Below the pieces are notes generated by a model that was not told the DNA's origin, did no database searches, and saw nothing but the letters and a program-made list of their open reading frames with translations. This document shows, in pieces, positions 25,946 to 40,400 of a DNA stretch of 64,000 nucleotides. The stretch is from Camelus dromedarius (lineage: Eukaryota): assembly GCF_036321535.1 (NCBI RefSeq), contig NC_087437.1, positions 23,438,001 to 23,502,000 on the forward strand. The letters are read 5' to 3'. Within the stretch, counting starts at the first letter, position 1. Every line of letters begins with the position of its first letter. A program made the translations under genes and the position numbers.

Positions 25946-27439
25946 CTGATAGTGCCAAAGCAGTTCCCTAAATTATGTATAACTGTAAAGCTAAAAGAAA
26001 TAACTAATAGTGTGTGTATATGTGTATGTGTGCATGTGTGTGTGTTTGGATAGGTGTGGATAGTAAACGAAAAATCATCACTAAGTATTACTTCTGTAGT
26101 ATACCTAGTAACATACCTAGGAAGTTCATTTACTTGTTAATACTGAAGTTCATTTTCATGTATCCCTAAAGCTGATAAAAAACCAGAAACAGAGTCTGCC
26201 AATCAGATGTTGTATTTGAAGTGCTCAGAACATTTATTGGCTGATAGAAGACTCTTGATAAATACAGATTCCCTTCTTAACTATCCCAAGTCCATTACTA
26301 AAATTTAATAAAATAACTCTCTATGCAAATTCCTTTAATTTGATAAAGTAAAACTTTCTTGTCCCCCAAATGCACTTTTTCCTTAGGAGAAATAGTCTTA
26401 TTCATTCTTATTATAGTAAAGCTTGCTTATGGATAAAAATAGAAGATTATATTCTTTGTGGGAAGAATGTTTGAAATTAAATTGTATAAAAAATCCATAA
26501 CTCTACAAGTAATGAAGCTTATAACTTAAATATTAGGTGACATTCTACTTTCCAAATTCTTCTAAGAACATTTTCCAGTATATTTATTAGAAGTATTTGA
26601 ATTGTTATTTTAAATGACACATATTGCATGGCCTTATCCCAATTACTAAAAATAAACCTCAGAAATTTTATAGAAACCAGAATCTGATTAAATATGCTCT
26701 TAAAAGCTGTTTCTCTACATTGTAAAATCACATTAGCATTTTAGATGTCAAAAACTCATTCGGTGGTGTACATTTATTCTTATCTTTCTGGTCTTTGCAT
26801 GTGATTAAGAATATTATTTTAAAAACATTTTATACTGTGATTAAATTATTCCTATCCTAATTCATTTGCAACAAGGATGGCATAAGCTTTGAATTATACA
26901 AGTATGTATGATCTATTACCTGCAAATAGCAGCAATAACCAAGAATACATCTATTTGAAATGAAAAATAAAATTGGAGATACTTTCTAATATGCTTATTT
27001 TCTATCAATATGTATGTAGAATATACTTAAGAACAAATTTCTGACCAAATGATGAGCTGTGGAAGAGCTGAGCTAAGTATATGGTGCTTGTACAATTAAC
27101 AGTGTCTGTTGCATACAGTGGATAGAGTAGCACATGATAATAAATAAGTGAATTGCCTGTAGTATTTGATGAAAAACATAGGAAACATGAGAAATCTACT
27201 CTCATTTAATTAAATCTTGAAAAATGTTGGAAAAAAGAAAGCCACACCTGAATAATTGAGATAAGCAAGAATTCTCTTAGGCAGCTATTACATACGGAAA
27301 TTGCACTAAATTTGTAGCCAATAGTCATGAGCTGCATCCTGATTTTCTACTTGCTAGCTGAGTTGAAGTAGCAAGTCACTGAGCACTCCTAAGTCACAAT
27401 TTCTTTGTCAGCAAAATAGGGATATTAATATCCACTTCA

Positions 27440-28716
27440 TCAACACCCATTTATGATAAAAACTCTCACCAAAGTGGATATAGAGGGAACATATCTCAAC
27501 ATAATAGAAACTATATATGATAAACCTACAGCCAGCATAGTACTCAACGGTGAAAAACTTAAAATCTTCCCACTAAAACTGGAATAAGACAAGGCTGCCC
27601 ACTATCACCACTCCTATTCAACATGGTCTTGAAAGTCCTAGCCACAGCAATCAGGCAAGAGAGAGAAATAAAAGGGATCCAAACTGGAAAAGAAGAGGTA
27701 AAAGTGTCACTATATGCCAATGGCATGTTACTATACATAGAAAACCCTAAAAGGTCCACACAAAAACTATTAGAAATAATTGAAGAATTCAGCAAGGTAG
27801 CAGGTTATAAGATTAACGTTCAAAAATCAGATGCATTTCTTTATAACGATGAATCAACAGAAAAAGAAAGTAAAGAGACAATCCCCTTTAAAACACCAGT
27901 CAGAATGGCCATCATTCAAAAGTCCACAAGTGACAAATGCTGGAGAGGCTGTGGAGAAAAGGGAACCCTCCTACACTGCTGGTGGGAATGCAGTTTGGTA
28001 CAGCCACTGTGGAAAACAGTATGGAGATTCCTCAAAAGACTAGGAATAGACTTACCGTATGACCCAGGAATCCCACTCCTGGGCATATATCCAGAAGGAA
28101 CCCTACTTCAGGATGACACCTGCACCCCAATGTTCATAGCAGCACTATTTACAATAGCCAAGACATGGAGACAGCCTAAATGTCCATCAACAGATGACTG
28201 GATAAAGCAGAAGTGGTATATTGATACAATGGAATAATATTGAGCCTCAAAAACCGGCAACATAACACCATTTGCAGCAACATGGATGTCCCTGGAGAAT
28301 GTCATTCTAAGTGAAGTAAGTCAGAGAAAGAAAGAAAAATACCATATGAGATAGCTCATAGGTGGAATCTGAAAAGAACAAACAAACAAACAAACATAAA
28401 TACAAAACAGAAATAGACTCATAGACATAGAATACAAACTTGTGGTTGCCAAGGGGGCGAGAGGTGGGAAGGGACAGACTGGGACTTCAAAATGTAGAAT
28501 AGATAAACAAGATTATACTGTATAGCACAGGGAACTATGTACAGGATCTTATGGTAGCTCACAGCAAAAAAAAAATTTGGCAATGAGTATATTTATGTTC
28601 ATGTATAACTGAAAAATAGTGCTCTACACTGGAATTTGACACAACATTGTAAAATGACTATAACTCAATTTAAAAAATGTAAAAACATTAAAATAAATAA
28701 ACAAATAATAATAAAA
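27440..28716 (+). mobile_element. Young (camelid-type) L1, 5'-truncated and internally deleted, inserted in a MIR
   Basis: ORF2 homology (ORF 27623-28237), 3'UTR and A-rich tail; TSD 27427-27439 aatatccacttca and 28717-28729 aatacccatttca (11/13). Confidence 0.95.
27623..28237 (+). pseudogene. Decayed L1 ORF2 fragment: RT C-terminal part fused in frame to the cysteine-rich C-terminal domain
   Basis: Catalytic FADD reads YANG; '[14 protein letters not shown]' junction; '[19 protein letters not shown]' motif; premature stop. Confidence 0.9.
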
Positions 28717-29590
28717 AATACCCATTTCACACAGTTATTATAAGCTTAAATCAGACAACAGGAAAACCCACTGCAAATTGCTGGACAAGTGTTACTTGTT
28801 ACTAAAATGTGTATTAAAGTACGTTTTCAGTTAGGAAGTACCATATTATTATTGAAATGCAGCATACAGATTTTTTTCTGTAATGGTATTATTGTAATAT
28901 ATATTGAAAGTTTACATATTCACCAAACAGTAATCCTCATAAGACGTATTTGTGCTGTAGTTGTAAAAAGTTACTAGCAATTCTTGGATATTTCCAACTA
29001 TTATTGATTATTCTTATTAACTTTGATATTAAAACTATAATTGGCATAGGTGGGGTCTATAAAGATACTATTTGCAGCAGGGAAACTGGCTGCAATTTGA
29101 CCAACTACAGAATAGGAAAAAATGATGAGTAAACTGATTTATTTTAAATAAAGGTTAGATACTGTTGTGTTTGTTTGTTTTTTGGGGCGATTATTTTCTC
29201 TTCCTAAAGGATTATTTTCATCTGGTTGTTGTTACTACTAATTCTTCTAGTAAGCAAGTTTCTCAGTTGCTCTCTTCAAGTTTCAATTCGTTACAGGTTG
29301 GAAGAGTTTATTTCCCTTTGTCTAATTGCCAGTAGAGAAATGGTAGAACTTAACTGGAAGTAACCAGATAGAGGTAGTGTATATAAGATATATATTGGAA
29401 AAGGGAAAAAGAAATATTAATGAATGTTTTTTATTCTTTTCTGAATGATCCATGGTTAACATAGGAATATGCATAATTTCCCCCATTTCTCCCCCTAATT
29501 AAAAAAAAAATCAATCTCTATTACTTGCATAGAAGGTTTATATGAGGAGTATATTGAGTGCAAGACTTTGGATTCAAATACTAATTCAGA

Positions 29591-32500
29591 GTGATTTCTG
29601 GTCAGGATGGTGGAGGACCATAGTCTACCTCTTCTCATGATCACAACAAAACCACAACCATTGATTAAAAAAAAACAGACTGGAATCTACAAAAAAAATT
29701 TTTTTCTTCAACTGGATTCATAAAGATGGAACCATAGTGGGATGGTAAGAGGGGCACACTGATGAAATAATCGGGTTTCATATTGCACTCCCTCTGGGTG
29801 GGCAACCCAGAAACTGAAGAAAAATTATATTGCAGAGGCTCTCCTATAGGAGTGAGAGTTCTGAGCCCTACGTCAGGCTTCCCAGCTCAGGGTTCCTGCA
29901 TTGGGAGGAGGAGCCCCCAGAACATTTGGTTTTGAAGGCAGCAGGGCTTAATTGCAGGAGCTCCACAGACATAGGGAAACAAAGATTTTGGTCTCTTGGG
30001 AAGCACACACAGAATCTTGCATGTTCTGGGACCAAGGGCAAAAGCAGTGATTTCATAGGAACCCTGGCCAGACCTGCCTACTGGTTTTGGAGGATCACCT
30101 ATGGAGGTGGCAGGTGGCTGTGACTCAACCTTGGGACATAAAAACTGGCGGCAGACATTTGAGAAGTATTCATCTACATGAATTTCCTGGAGGCTGACAT
30201 CTTGCTTGGGTCATTATTGCCAAGACCTAGCCACACCCAACAGCCTGTAGGCTTTAGTGCTGGGAAGCCTCAGATCAAATAACATACTGCCCCACCCATC
30301 AGCAGACTTCCTGAGCCTACAGCCACACCCTGACACACTCTGGACATGGACCTGCCCACCACAGGGCCAGGACCCAGTGCCACACAGTAATTCTAACAAC
30401 CATTTAGAGGAGAGTTAACACCTAGCCTTCTGAAACTATTCCAGAAAATTGCAGAGGAGGGAACACTTCCAAACACATTCTGTGAGACGACTACCCTGAT
30501 ACCAAAACCAGACAAAGATATTACACAAAAAAAGGAAAATTACAGGCCAATATAACTTAAGGGTATAGATGCAAAAATCCTCAACAATATACTAGCAAAT
30601 CAACTCCCAGCAATGCTTTAAAAGGATTATACACTATGATCAAGTGGGATTTATTCCAGGGATGCAAGGATTTTTCAAGTCAATCAGTGTGATACACCAC
30701 ATTAACAAATTGAAGAATAAAAGCTATATGATCATCTCAATAGATGCAGAAAAAGCTTTTGATAAAATGCAACATCCATTTATGCTAAAAATTCTCCAGA
30801 AAGCAGGCATAGAAGGAACATACCTCAACATAACAAAGGCCATATATGACAAACCCACAGCTAACATCATACTCAATTATGAAAAGTTGAAAGCCTTTCC
30901 TTTAAGTTCAGAAAGAAGGCAAGGATGCCCACTCTCTCCACTTTTATTCAACATAGTTTTGGAAATCCTAACCACAGCAGTCAGAAAAAAAAAAAAAAGA
31001 ATCTAAATTGAAAAAAAAGAAGTAAAACTGTCAGTGTTTGCAGGTGACATGATACTTTACATAGACAATCCTAAAGGTGCCACCAGAAAACTACTAGAGC
31101 TCATCAATGAATTTGGTAAAGTTGCAGGATACAAAATTGATATACAGAAATCAGTTGCATTTCTATACACTAGTAATGAAATAGCAGAAAAAGAGATTAA
31201 GAACAGTCCTACTTACCATTGTGTCAAGAAGAATAAAATACCTAGGAATAAACCTACCTAAGGAGGCAAGTACCTGCATTCTGAAAACCATAAAACACTG
31301 ATGAAAGAAACTGAAAACAACACAAACAGATGGAAAGATATACCATGTTCTTGTATTGGAAGAATCAATACTATTAAAATGAGCATACTACCCAGGGCAA
31401 TATACAGACTCAATGTAATCCCTATCAAATTACCAATGACATTCTTCACAGAGCTGGGACAAAAAATTTTTAAATTCGTATGGGGACACAAAAGACCTGA
31501 AATAGCCAAAACAATCTTGAGAAAGAAGAACGGAGCTAGAGGAATCACACTCCTGACTTCAGACTATACTACAAAACTACAGTAATCAAAAGAGAATGGT
31601 ACTGACACAAAAACAGACACATAGATCAATGGAACAGATAGAAAGTCTAAGAAAAAACCCATGCAGTTATGGTCAATTCATCTATGACAAAGGAGGCAGG
31701 AAAATACAGTGGAGAAGAAATAGTCTCTTGAATGAATGGTGCTGGGAAAACTGGACAACTACCTGTAAAAGACTGAAATTAGAACATTCTCCAACACCAT
31801 ATACAAAAATAAACTCAAAACGGATTAAAGACCTAAATGTAAGGTTGGATACTATAAAACTCCTAAAGGAAACCATAAATACTCTTTGACATAAATCACA
31901 GCAATTATTTTTTTTTGAACCAGCTCCTGAAGTAATGGAAATAAAAGCAAAAATAAACAAATGGGACCTATTAAACTTTTGCCCAGCTAAGGATACCATC
32001 AACAAAATGAAAAGACAGCCTACATAATGGGAGAAAATATTTGCAAATGATGTGACCTACAAGGGACTAATTTCCAAAATACACAAACAGCTCATACACC
32101 TTAATAAAACAAACAAGCAAGCAAGCAACTCAATCAAAAAATGGGCAGACGACCTAAACAGACATTTCTTCAAAGACACCCAGATGGCCAACAGGCCCAT
32201 GAAAAGATGCCTAGTTTCACTAATTATTAGAGAAATGCAGATCAAAATTACAATGAGGTATCACCTCACATCAGTCAGAATGGTCATCACTAAAAAGTCT
32301 ACAAATAATGAATGCTGAAGAGGGTGTGGAGGAAAAGGAACCCTCCTACACTGTTGGTAGGAGTGTAAATTGGTGCAGCCATTATGGAGGACAGTATGGA
32401 GATTCCTTAAAAAAGTAAAAATGGACTTACCGTTACAATTCAGCAAGCCACTCCTGGCCATATATCCAGAAAAAAACTATAATTCAAAAAGACACATGCA

Positions 32501-33082
32501 CCCTAATGTTCACAGCAGTGCTATTTACAATAGCCAAGACATGGAAACAGCATAAATGTCCATTGACAGATGAATGAATAAAGAAGATGTAGTATATACA
32601 CATACAATGGAATATTACTCAACCATAAAAAAGAATGAAATAATGCCATTTGCAGCAACATGGATGGACCTAGAGATTGTCATATTAAGTAAGTCAAAAA
32701 ACAAAGACAAATATCAATGGTGGTGTTTATATGTGGAGTCTAAAAAAAATACAAATTTTATTTATAAACCAGAAATAGACTCATGGACATAGGAAACAAA
32801 CTGGTTACCTCAGTTAGGGGGGTGGGGAGTGAGGAGGGATACATTAGGATTTGGGGGTTAACATATATATTATTATATATAAAATAGATAAAAAAGAAGG
32901 ACCTATTATATAGCACAGGTAACTATATTCAATTTCCTGTAATGAGCCATAATGGAAAAGAAACTGAAAAAATATATATGCATGCATGCATGTATGTATA
33001 TGTATAACTGAATCACTTTGCTGTACACCTGAAACTAACATTGTAAATTGACTACACATCAATAAAAAAGAATTAAAAAAAC
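29591..33082 (+). mobile_element. Cetartiodactyl-type L1 with 5'UTR, large internal deletion, ORF2 RT to C-terminus, 3'UTR and tail
   Basis: TSD 29575-29590 caaatactaattcaga and 33083-33098 caaatactgattcaga (15/16); frameshifted ORF2 peptides 30644-32792 ([29 protein letters not shown]). Confidence 0.95.
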
Positions 33083-33194
33083 CAAATACTGATTCAGACA
33101 CTGAAAACATGAGCAAGATGTAACTACTTTGAATGTTTGTTCTACAATAATTAAATGGGAGGAGATAATATTTACTGTAAAGTTTGAGTATTCA

Positions 33195-34605
33195 TTAAAA
33201 TACTCTAGTCATTTTTTTTAAATAAACAATCCTCACCATTCTACCAAAATGTCTCATGCCAAAGACACTAATATTCTCTGTGTCTCTATAGCTCAAGGAT
33301 ATTTTTCAGTCTTCTTTTGAAACTTGACTTCTCATCAGCATTTGATTGAACTGACCATTCCTCTCTTCACAAAATACTCTCTCCCATTAGCATTTATGAC
33401 ACTTTTCTTTTTTTTTTCTACTTAAGTCATTCTCATTCTGAAAAGAATCATTGTAATTAACCCAGAGAATAAACAGAGCTTCCAGGAGCTCTCTTTCTTC
33501 TCACTCTGAAAAAGGCAATTTCATCCTTTTCTAGTTAACATTTATCATCCATGTAATGACTCATCAATGTATATAACCAGACCATACCTCTACTTTGAAT
33601 ATCAGACCTATATATCCAAGAATCTACTCAAAATTCTCACTCCTCTCAGATGTTTCAGTATCACCTCAAATTCAATATGTCCAAAGACTAAACCCCTGGT
33701 CTTATAAATACTCTCTCCCCAAATAAAGAACAAAGCAGTAATCAAGCACTATATTTTGTTTCTAATCTAACATTTCCTGTCTTGGTGAGTTTCACCACCT
33801 TCCATGTAGGCACACAAATCCAAAGCCTAAAAATTGTCATCAGCACTGTCTTTTCTCCCTTTCACATAGTTTTTCCATTACCAAGTTCTAATAATTTACA
33901 TCGTCAATGCATTTCCTATTTATCTACTTCTCTGTCACCATTTCCCTAGTTCAGCCTACTCTATTCACCCATCCAGTCTGTTGCAGTATTCCTTGACCAG
34001 GTGTCCTAGAGTCCAATCAGTTCTTCAGACTATTACAGCTGTTCTCTTCTCAGAACACAAATCTGATGCTGTCACACTCCTCAACAATCAATTTAAATCA
34101 CATTATTGCTTCCCCATTGTTCTTAGAAAAAAAGCCTGAAGTACTTAGTGTTGCAGAACACTTGGCTAGCTGCACTCTCCTTTTGTGTCACTCTTTCTTG
34201 CTTTGTCACTGATGTCCAGTCTTAAAGGTTTTCTTTGATTTTGCCCTGCCACAAGGCCTTTACACATACTATATTTAGCCTTCAGAATTCTCACTGACCT
34301 CCCCCCCCCCCCCCCCCCGCTTATCTCTTATTCGTCCCTACAGAACTGGCTCAAGTACTTTTTTTCAGGAAAGCTTGCCCTGATACCCCTGTCTGTTCTG
34401 GTTCTTTGGTTAATAACCATTATATACAATACTCCCTTCCATCTTAACCCTCTACTCAGTCTTGCTTTGTAATTGTGCCCTTTTGATGGTGTGATTATTT
34501 GAATACTGTCTAGCTCTGTCTGTAGAACCTAAGTTCCTCGAGAAGAGTGAGCATTTCTGTTCTCACTCTGTAGTACTCAGCATAATAGCCTAAATAAATA
34601 TTTCA
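33195..34605 (+). mobile_element. Long L2 remnant
   Basis: 'ttgacttctcatcagcatttga...tcacctcaaattcaatatgtccaaagactaaac...acaaatctgat' are L2 RT-end and 3' motifs. Confidence 0.75.
34301..34318. repeat. Poly-C tract (C18)
   Basis: Directly visible. Confidence 0.95.
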
Positions 34606-35479
34606 GTCACATTGTTGCTTGAGGTAAAGCACTCTACAGTGTCTAGGCTTACTGTAATACTGTTATTTTATGCTTGTGCATTTATTTATTTTTGTCCACA
34701 TCCACTTTCTTAATTTACATCAAGTTGACAAGTTATTTTGTGAAGCATGTTTTCATAATAATGATAGTTTATATGGCACTTCTTTGAAGAAACACTCGGG
34801 CACCTCAATAAATATAATTTATATGTAATTCTTTTCTATATCTTCAATTCACCTCACTTTAAAAGAAGACATTTGAAAGCAAAAGTACCTTGACTTGTAT
34901 TACACCGATAATGTTAAATAGAACTGAAATACCATTGTGATGCCTTGTCCTTTAGGGTCTATCAGAGCATGAAATCAGTATCACCATTAACTCAAGCACA
35001 ATCAAATATTCTTTCCAATTTCTGTCACTTGCTGTCACCTGCATTTGCAATTTCATGACACTTTTCTTTCACATACTTTCTTTCTGCACATTTCTGCAAA
35101 ATTCACACAACCATCTAGAACTATCAGAGGGTCACCATTGAGCTGAGTAGGATTAAAGTTGGAATAAAAGATATGACTTAACATAATGAGAGCATCATTA
35201 TATCGGTTTGCTTTTTTACTCTGCCTCTACATTCTGTCCTCTCAGGAAATAGGGTAATGGAATCACAAAAATGCCAGTGTGTGCGGGAGGATTCAGTATT
35301 GTGTGGAAGCATCAGTTATGGGCAGCAGAGGCTGCAGAGGCTTGGAAAGGCTGGTTGCTGAAATATACTGACCTGCTGGAATGGGGCCAACAGGAAGAGC
35401 AAGGGGACATTGAGTAGCCTGGGAAAAGCCCAAGGGAATGAGAAGAGAAAGAGCTGAGGAACAAATTAGTAAACTGCAA

Positions 35480-36520
35480 TAATGAGCTCAGATGAGAAAA
35501 TGAAAGGAAATTTAAAGGCATAGAATAATTCAGATGAACCAGTATTCATCTAAGAGATTTCTAAAATAATCACAGGAATGGCAGAGAGGAAACATTAAAA
35601 TGCAATAATAATAATAATAGTAATAGTAGTAAACCTCTTGCAGACTGAGATAAAGCCAACATCCTTAGATTGACAGGATCTACCAAGGACTGAATAGAAT
35701 GAACTTAAGAGATTCATGTCTAGCAGAGAGACATATGTTGGAGCAAATGTCAGGGTATTGAATGTTGAAGGTGAACTCCTAAACACCTTCCAGTGGAAAT
35801 GAATAGATTTACTTTAAATAATTAAAACTAGGTTATCATCAGACATCTTGCTGGTATTACCAGATGGATGAACAAAGTAGAGAAACACAGTGAAAGAGTT
35901 CTGAGGGAAAATCTCACTGCCAGTTTCTAGAGTACATATGTGAGTAAGATGAAAAAAAAAAAGCTCAGGAATGAGTTATAGGAAGTAATCTAAAACATAG
36001 TTTATTAGTTTGCCAAATTTAAACTTAATAGCAACTTGGAAATAAAATATCAGATCTCAGTGACAAGGTGGTTGCTGGAGCTCTGAAGGGTCTAGAACGT
36101 TCAGGAAGGAGGAGAAAGCAGATAAAAGAACAGTAATGTTTCTTATTTGGGAGGGAAAAGTCTAGGGTGGAGAGAAAATGTGGCTCTGAATTGTGTTAAA
36201 ACTATTTAAAGCTTAATATACTTATGAATATAACACACACAATAAAAAGGAAGGAGTAGTCTAAGCAGATAAATAGTCACAACATGTCAGAGCAAATTAA
36301 CCTATGAATGGCTTCTGAGAGCAGATTTAAAATGGTCAGCTAGATGTTGTTTGCAAAGGTGTTAAAAACAAACCAAATAAATTATATAGGAAGTTTGGGA
36401 AAGGAGAACTGTGTGTGTGGTGTGTTTAAAAAAGAAACAGACAGTGAGTACACAAACACTAACACTGTCTAAAGCAGAATTCAAGTAAAACACATAATTG
36501 CCACAATGAGAGATATTTCA
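35480..36520 (+). mobile_element. Very old L1M/HAL1-like remnant (ORF1-like region)
   Basis: A-rich; 'actaggttatcatcagacatct...aaagagttctgagggaaaat' resembles the ORF1 3' half. Confidence 0.4.
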
Positions 36521-37109
36521 TACATTTTCCCCACTTAAGACAAAATTATGTCTGCTCTTTTTTTTGGTTTCAATTGAGATGATGATGATTTTAGACTATA
36601 ATGGAAAAAATAAACTCATGTTCATTATAGCAATTGTTTATCTTTTGATAAAAAATATTACATCACTGAGTATGTTTTTAGAAATAAATTTCAAATGGAA
36701 TAAATCATAAAAGTGTTCAAAGAAATCATGGAGACTGTAGAATCTAGAAGTAGGTAAGGCCTTCTTAAATAAAATGCAAAATTATTAATTTAATTGCATG
36801 ACCATTTAAAAATTGATAAAATAAGGTACTCTATAAATATATTTGCATTTATAATCTAAAATTATGCTTATACAAGTATTTGATGTGGATGTAGAACAAC
36901 TTCTTTATCTTTTGACAATAGAGACTTTCATTTTGAACAAAATTATTTTCCAAAAGCCTGAATATGACATAAAAATCTAATCATTTATGAGTATCATCTA
37001 TAACATATACTATATATATATACACACACATAGGTATATCTCTGGTATATACTAAAAGTATTGAGATGTTGGGTACGAATATGCATCTTGGTTTAAAGTA
37101 TTTGAGCAT

Positions 37110-37420
37110 TTAGTTATTCATCAGTTTAATAAATATTTACAAAGTATACTAGGTACCAGACACTGGACTATGGTTTCAAGATACAGAGATGATTAAGTCA
37201 CAAACCCTATCCTTTCAGGATTTACAATTTAATTACTAAGTCAGTTACGTATGCAGATAGATTACAATACAACACAGCACGTGCTGAAAATATGAGAGAG
37301 ATGTGTAGTTGGCCTGGTGATGTCTATTTTCTGAGACTTCTTAGAGGAGGTGTTTCATGAGCTAAATCTTAACAAATGAGTAGGGTGAGGAAAAAGATAC
37401 TACAAGCAGAGATTAGCAAC
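37110..37420 (-). mobile_element. L2 3' end
   Basis: 'tttaataaatatttac...taccagacactggacta...gatacagagatgattaagtcaca'. Confidence 0.7.
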
Positions 37421-40400
37421 TACAGAGGTTTCTCTCTTTTTCATGCACTATCAGAGTTTCCTTGTCTTTTCTACTTTTGAGACGTTGATCATACTGTTTC
37501 CTCTATTTGGGAAAGTTTCCCCTTCCCTGCATCCTCAACCCTTGTGGAACAGTCCCATGTAGTCACTCAGAATCTCTTCATGACAACATTCCAGAATCAT
37601 GATTCTCCCTTACCCCATCTCATTATCCCTTTAAATAGTTTGTCCTTAATGTATTATCTGTGCATATGCCACAATCTCTTTGGCTGACCATCTCTTTGAA
37701 AGCAGGGTTCATGTTTAGTTATCCTCATATTACAAACAAATCCTTTCCCAGTTCTTTGCAGTAAAAAATATTCACTGTGTTGAATTATCCTCATATATAA
37801 CAATGAGATAGACTTGGAACATGATCAGGTGCAGTATATGATAATCATGTGTGATGGTAAAAGGTATGAGTCAGGAGAGGGGTGTTAATGGGGAGGGAAT
37901 CACGATGAAGTACATAGACAGATTTTAGCAATTACATTAAGAGGCAATGTCACATCAATTAAAAATAAGAAATAAGATGTTAGTCTCTCTCTTCTGTGGA
38001 ATATCCAGTGTTCTCTGTATAGTAAGTGTTAGGAGGGCAAGGCATAGAATAATCTAAATGCTTTCTAATGCGAAGTTACTTTTTCACTCCATAGGATCCT
38101 GGTGACCATATCACGTCTTATCCAAGCTCATTAACCATCCCTTCAGATGGCATTTCAGAGGTTTCCCATTGCCATGCCCATTAATCACTTCAAGATCTAA
38201 ACTGAATAGCTTCTACTATCAGAATTATTTTTATCTGTAAATGATCTAAAACTCTTTGGTTTAATAATCACCAAGTACTTTTTTGCCCTATTATGGGGCA
38301 AAATATATTTTTAGCAAATTGTTATTCTTCAGAGTTAAGAGACTTTCTGTTTTCTCAGAGCTCTCAAATACATAAAGTGATTTCTAATTTTGGAAGGGTG
38401 TCCAGATACTTCTCAATAAAAATTTTGTGATTGCTGGGGTCGCATTTTTTGGACTGACTGAGCAATTCAATATCATAATGCCCTGAATAGAAAAAAATGA
38501 GCAGGACATTACGTATTTCTATTAAAAGTTATGTAGTGTAATAAAAAGATATGAAATTATCCCTTAATTTAAGGACTACCTCTTATCAGAATAAAAAAAT
38601 AATGCCCAAGGAAATGCTTTCAAAATTTCACAAAGCACTTAATGTACCTGAAATAAAGTCTGTGCTAGAAACAGAAGGGTGGAATTTTAGTCTCACTTGT
38701 TAAAGAACAATCTAGGTAATTAATTCTTCATAAACCTTTTAAACAAAGAAAAAAATGCCTGGCATTTTGTCTTCAAAGGAAACTTAGGGAAGTAGGCTTT
38801 AAATCATTGGTTTTTGAAAGCGGAGCTAAATGAATTCTTTTCTAAACTTCAGCTGTGCTGTGGGTGAGAAAGAAAAGCTGCTATCTGAAATGAGGTCAAG
38901 TTCATAGCTGGCCCAAAGGCAACTGTTCTCAAGTACTTGAGTTTCATTTCTGCACCTGCAGTATGGTAGTGCCAGAATTGCTGACTCAACTGCCCAGCTG
39001 TCCCGTCTGTCAGATGCCTGGACTCAGCTCGTTACTACAGCACATCTAAAAAGTAGCCCAAGACAAGTAAGGGAACACATTACATATTTGATCTTGGTTC
39101 ATATCACTGTTTGCCCAGCAGTGCAGTGTTTTATATTTAGGCAGCTATGGTATGTAAAAAATTGGTTCTGGAGCATATAATGGATATGACGATAATCCAT
39201 GATCACATGGCTTTGTAATGCCATCCACATTTAGAAGCACTCAGGAGTTCTTCAAAAGGGTGTATGCTGTCCTGACAATTGTTTTTTGTGGATTCTTAGA
39301 AAAGAATTTAGGAGGCACTAAGCAACTAAGTCATTCATCTTGTGAAAATGAAATATGATGTGTCATTACTCAAATTACTATGAAAGACTGACAGAAATAT
39401 CACAGCCCTAGCAGTATCTCTGTGTGAAAATGCACAAGATTTGCTTGTCAGGAGTGAGTGACCAGTAGTGACCCCTGCTGTCCTGAAAGGTACTTGCTTT
39501 TCTGATCCTGCCCCCTTTTGGGTCAGAGACACATCATCCTGGCTCATTTCTTACTTTATTGGTTACTTTGCTCTCTCTTCTTCACTATTTTTTCTTCCTT
39601 CTTCTCCAAGAAATGGGGGCATCCAAGAAATGGAAACATCCTTCAAGGTGCTCTAATATCGCTCCAGCTTCATTAGGGTTTTTTTCCTGATAATGCTAGT
39701 TAGTGAATTGCTTAAAAGGGCCCAAACTCTCCCACTCTCCATGTCCATCTGTGTAAAATGGCAGTTTCCTCGTAAGGTTTTCTCCAAAAATTGCAGAAAA
39801 TGTTTCTTTGACATGTGATTACTCAGGCATCTGAATTTAGTTAAGTGGAGATTCTTGAGTATTATTTTTGTTTCTGGCTTTTCTCGTCCCTAATGACTCC
39901 AATCTATGAGATGCTGGGATTTAAGAAGCTTCATTTTCCTATGATACATTTTCCAAAAAATGCCTGCTTCCTGAGAACTGGGAAATGCTTCTCTCAGTGT
40001 TTGTCCTGTGCTCAGCTTTGGCCGTTCCCTTTGGCTCTGATTTCTGTCTATACCTCACTAGCTACACTCCTGTAGTGGTGGTGATGGCAGAGAGGAGGGA
40101 GAGAGGAAGAGAAAGAGGCTGCTGTGGTGGAGATGAAGGTAGTGGTATAAAGTGAGATTGTACAAATCTGCAGCTGTGATAGCAAAACTATTTCCAGTTT
40201 GTGCACTGAATAAAAACATTTTTCACTGATGTAATTCTAGCTTTCAGAAGGAGAGTCTGTCCAGTTTGAACACTGTTTTAGAAACATTTTTTTCACTCTG
40301 TATAAATTTCTGAGCCTTTGACACTTCCTCTGCAGTATTTTAAAGCACATTCTCTTCATCCCCACAAAGCAGTCAAGAATTTTTTCATAAGCCAGTTTAT

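Noticed and set aside
30644..32792. Series of ORFs with reverse-transcriptase homology suggesting a novel RT system
   Set aside because: These are frameshifted pieces of ordinary L1 ORF2 with a mutated catalytic motif (FAGD).
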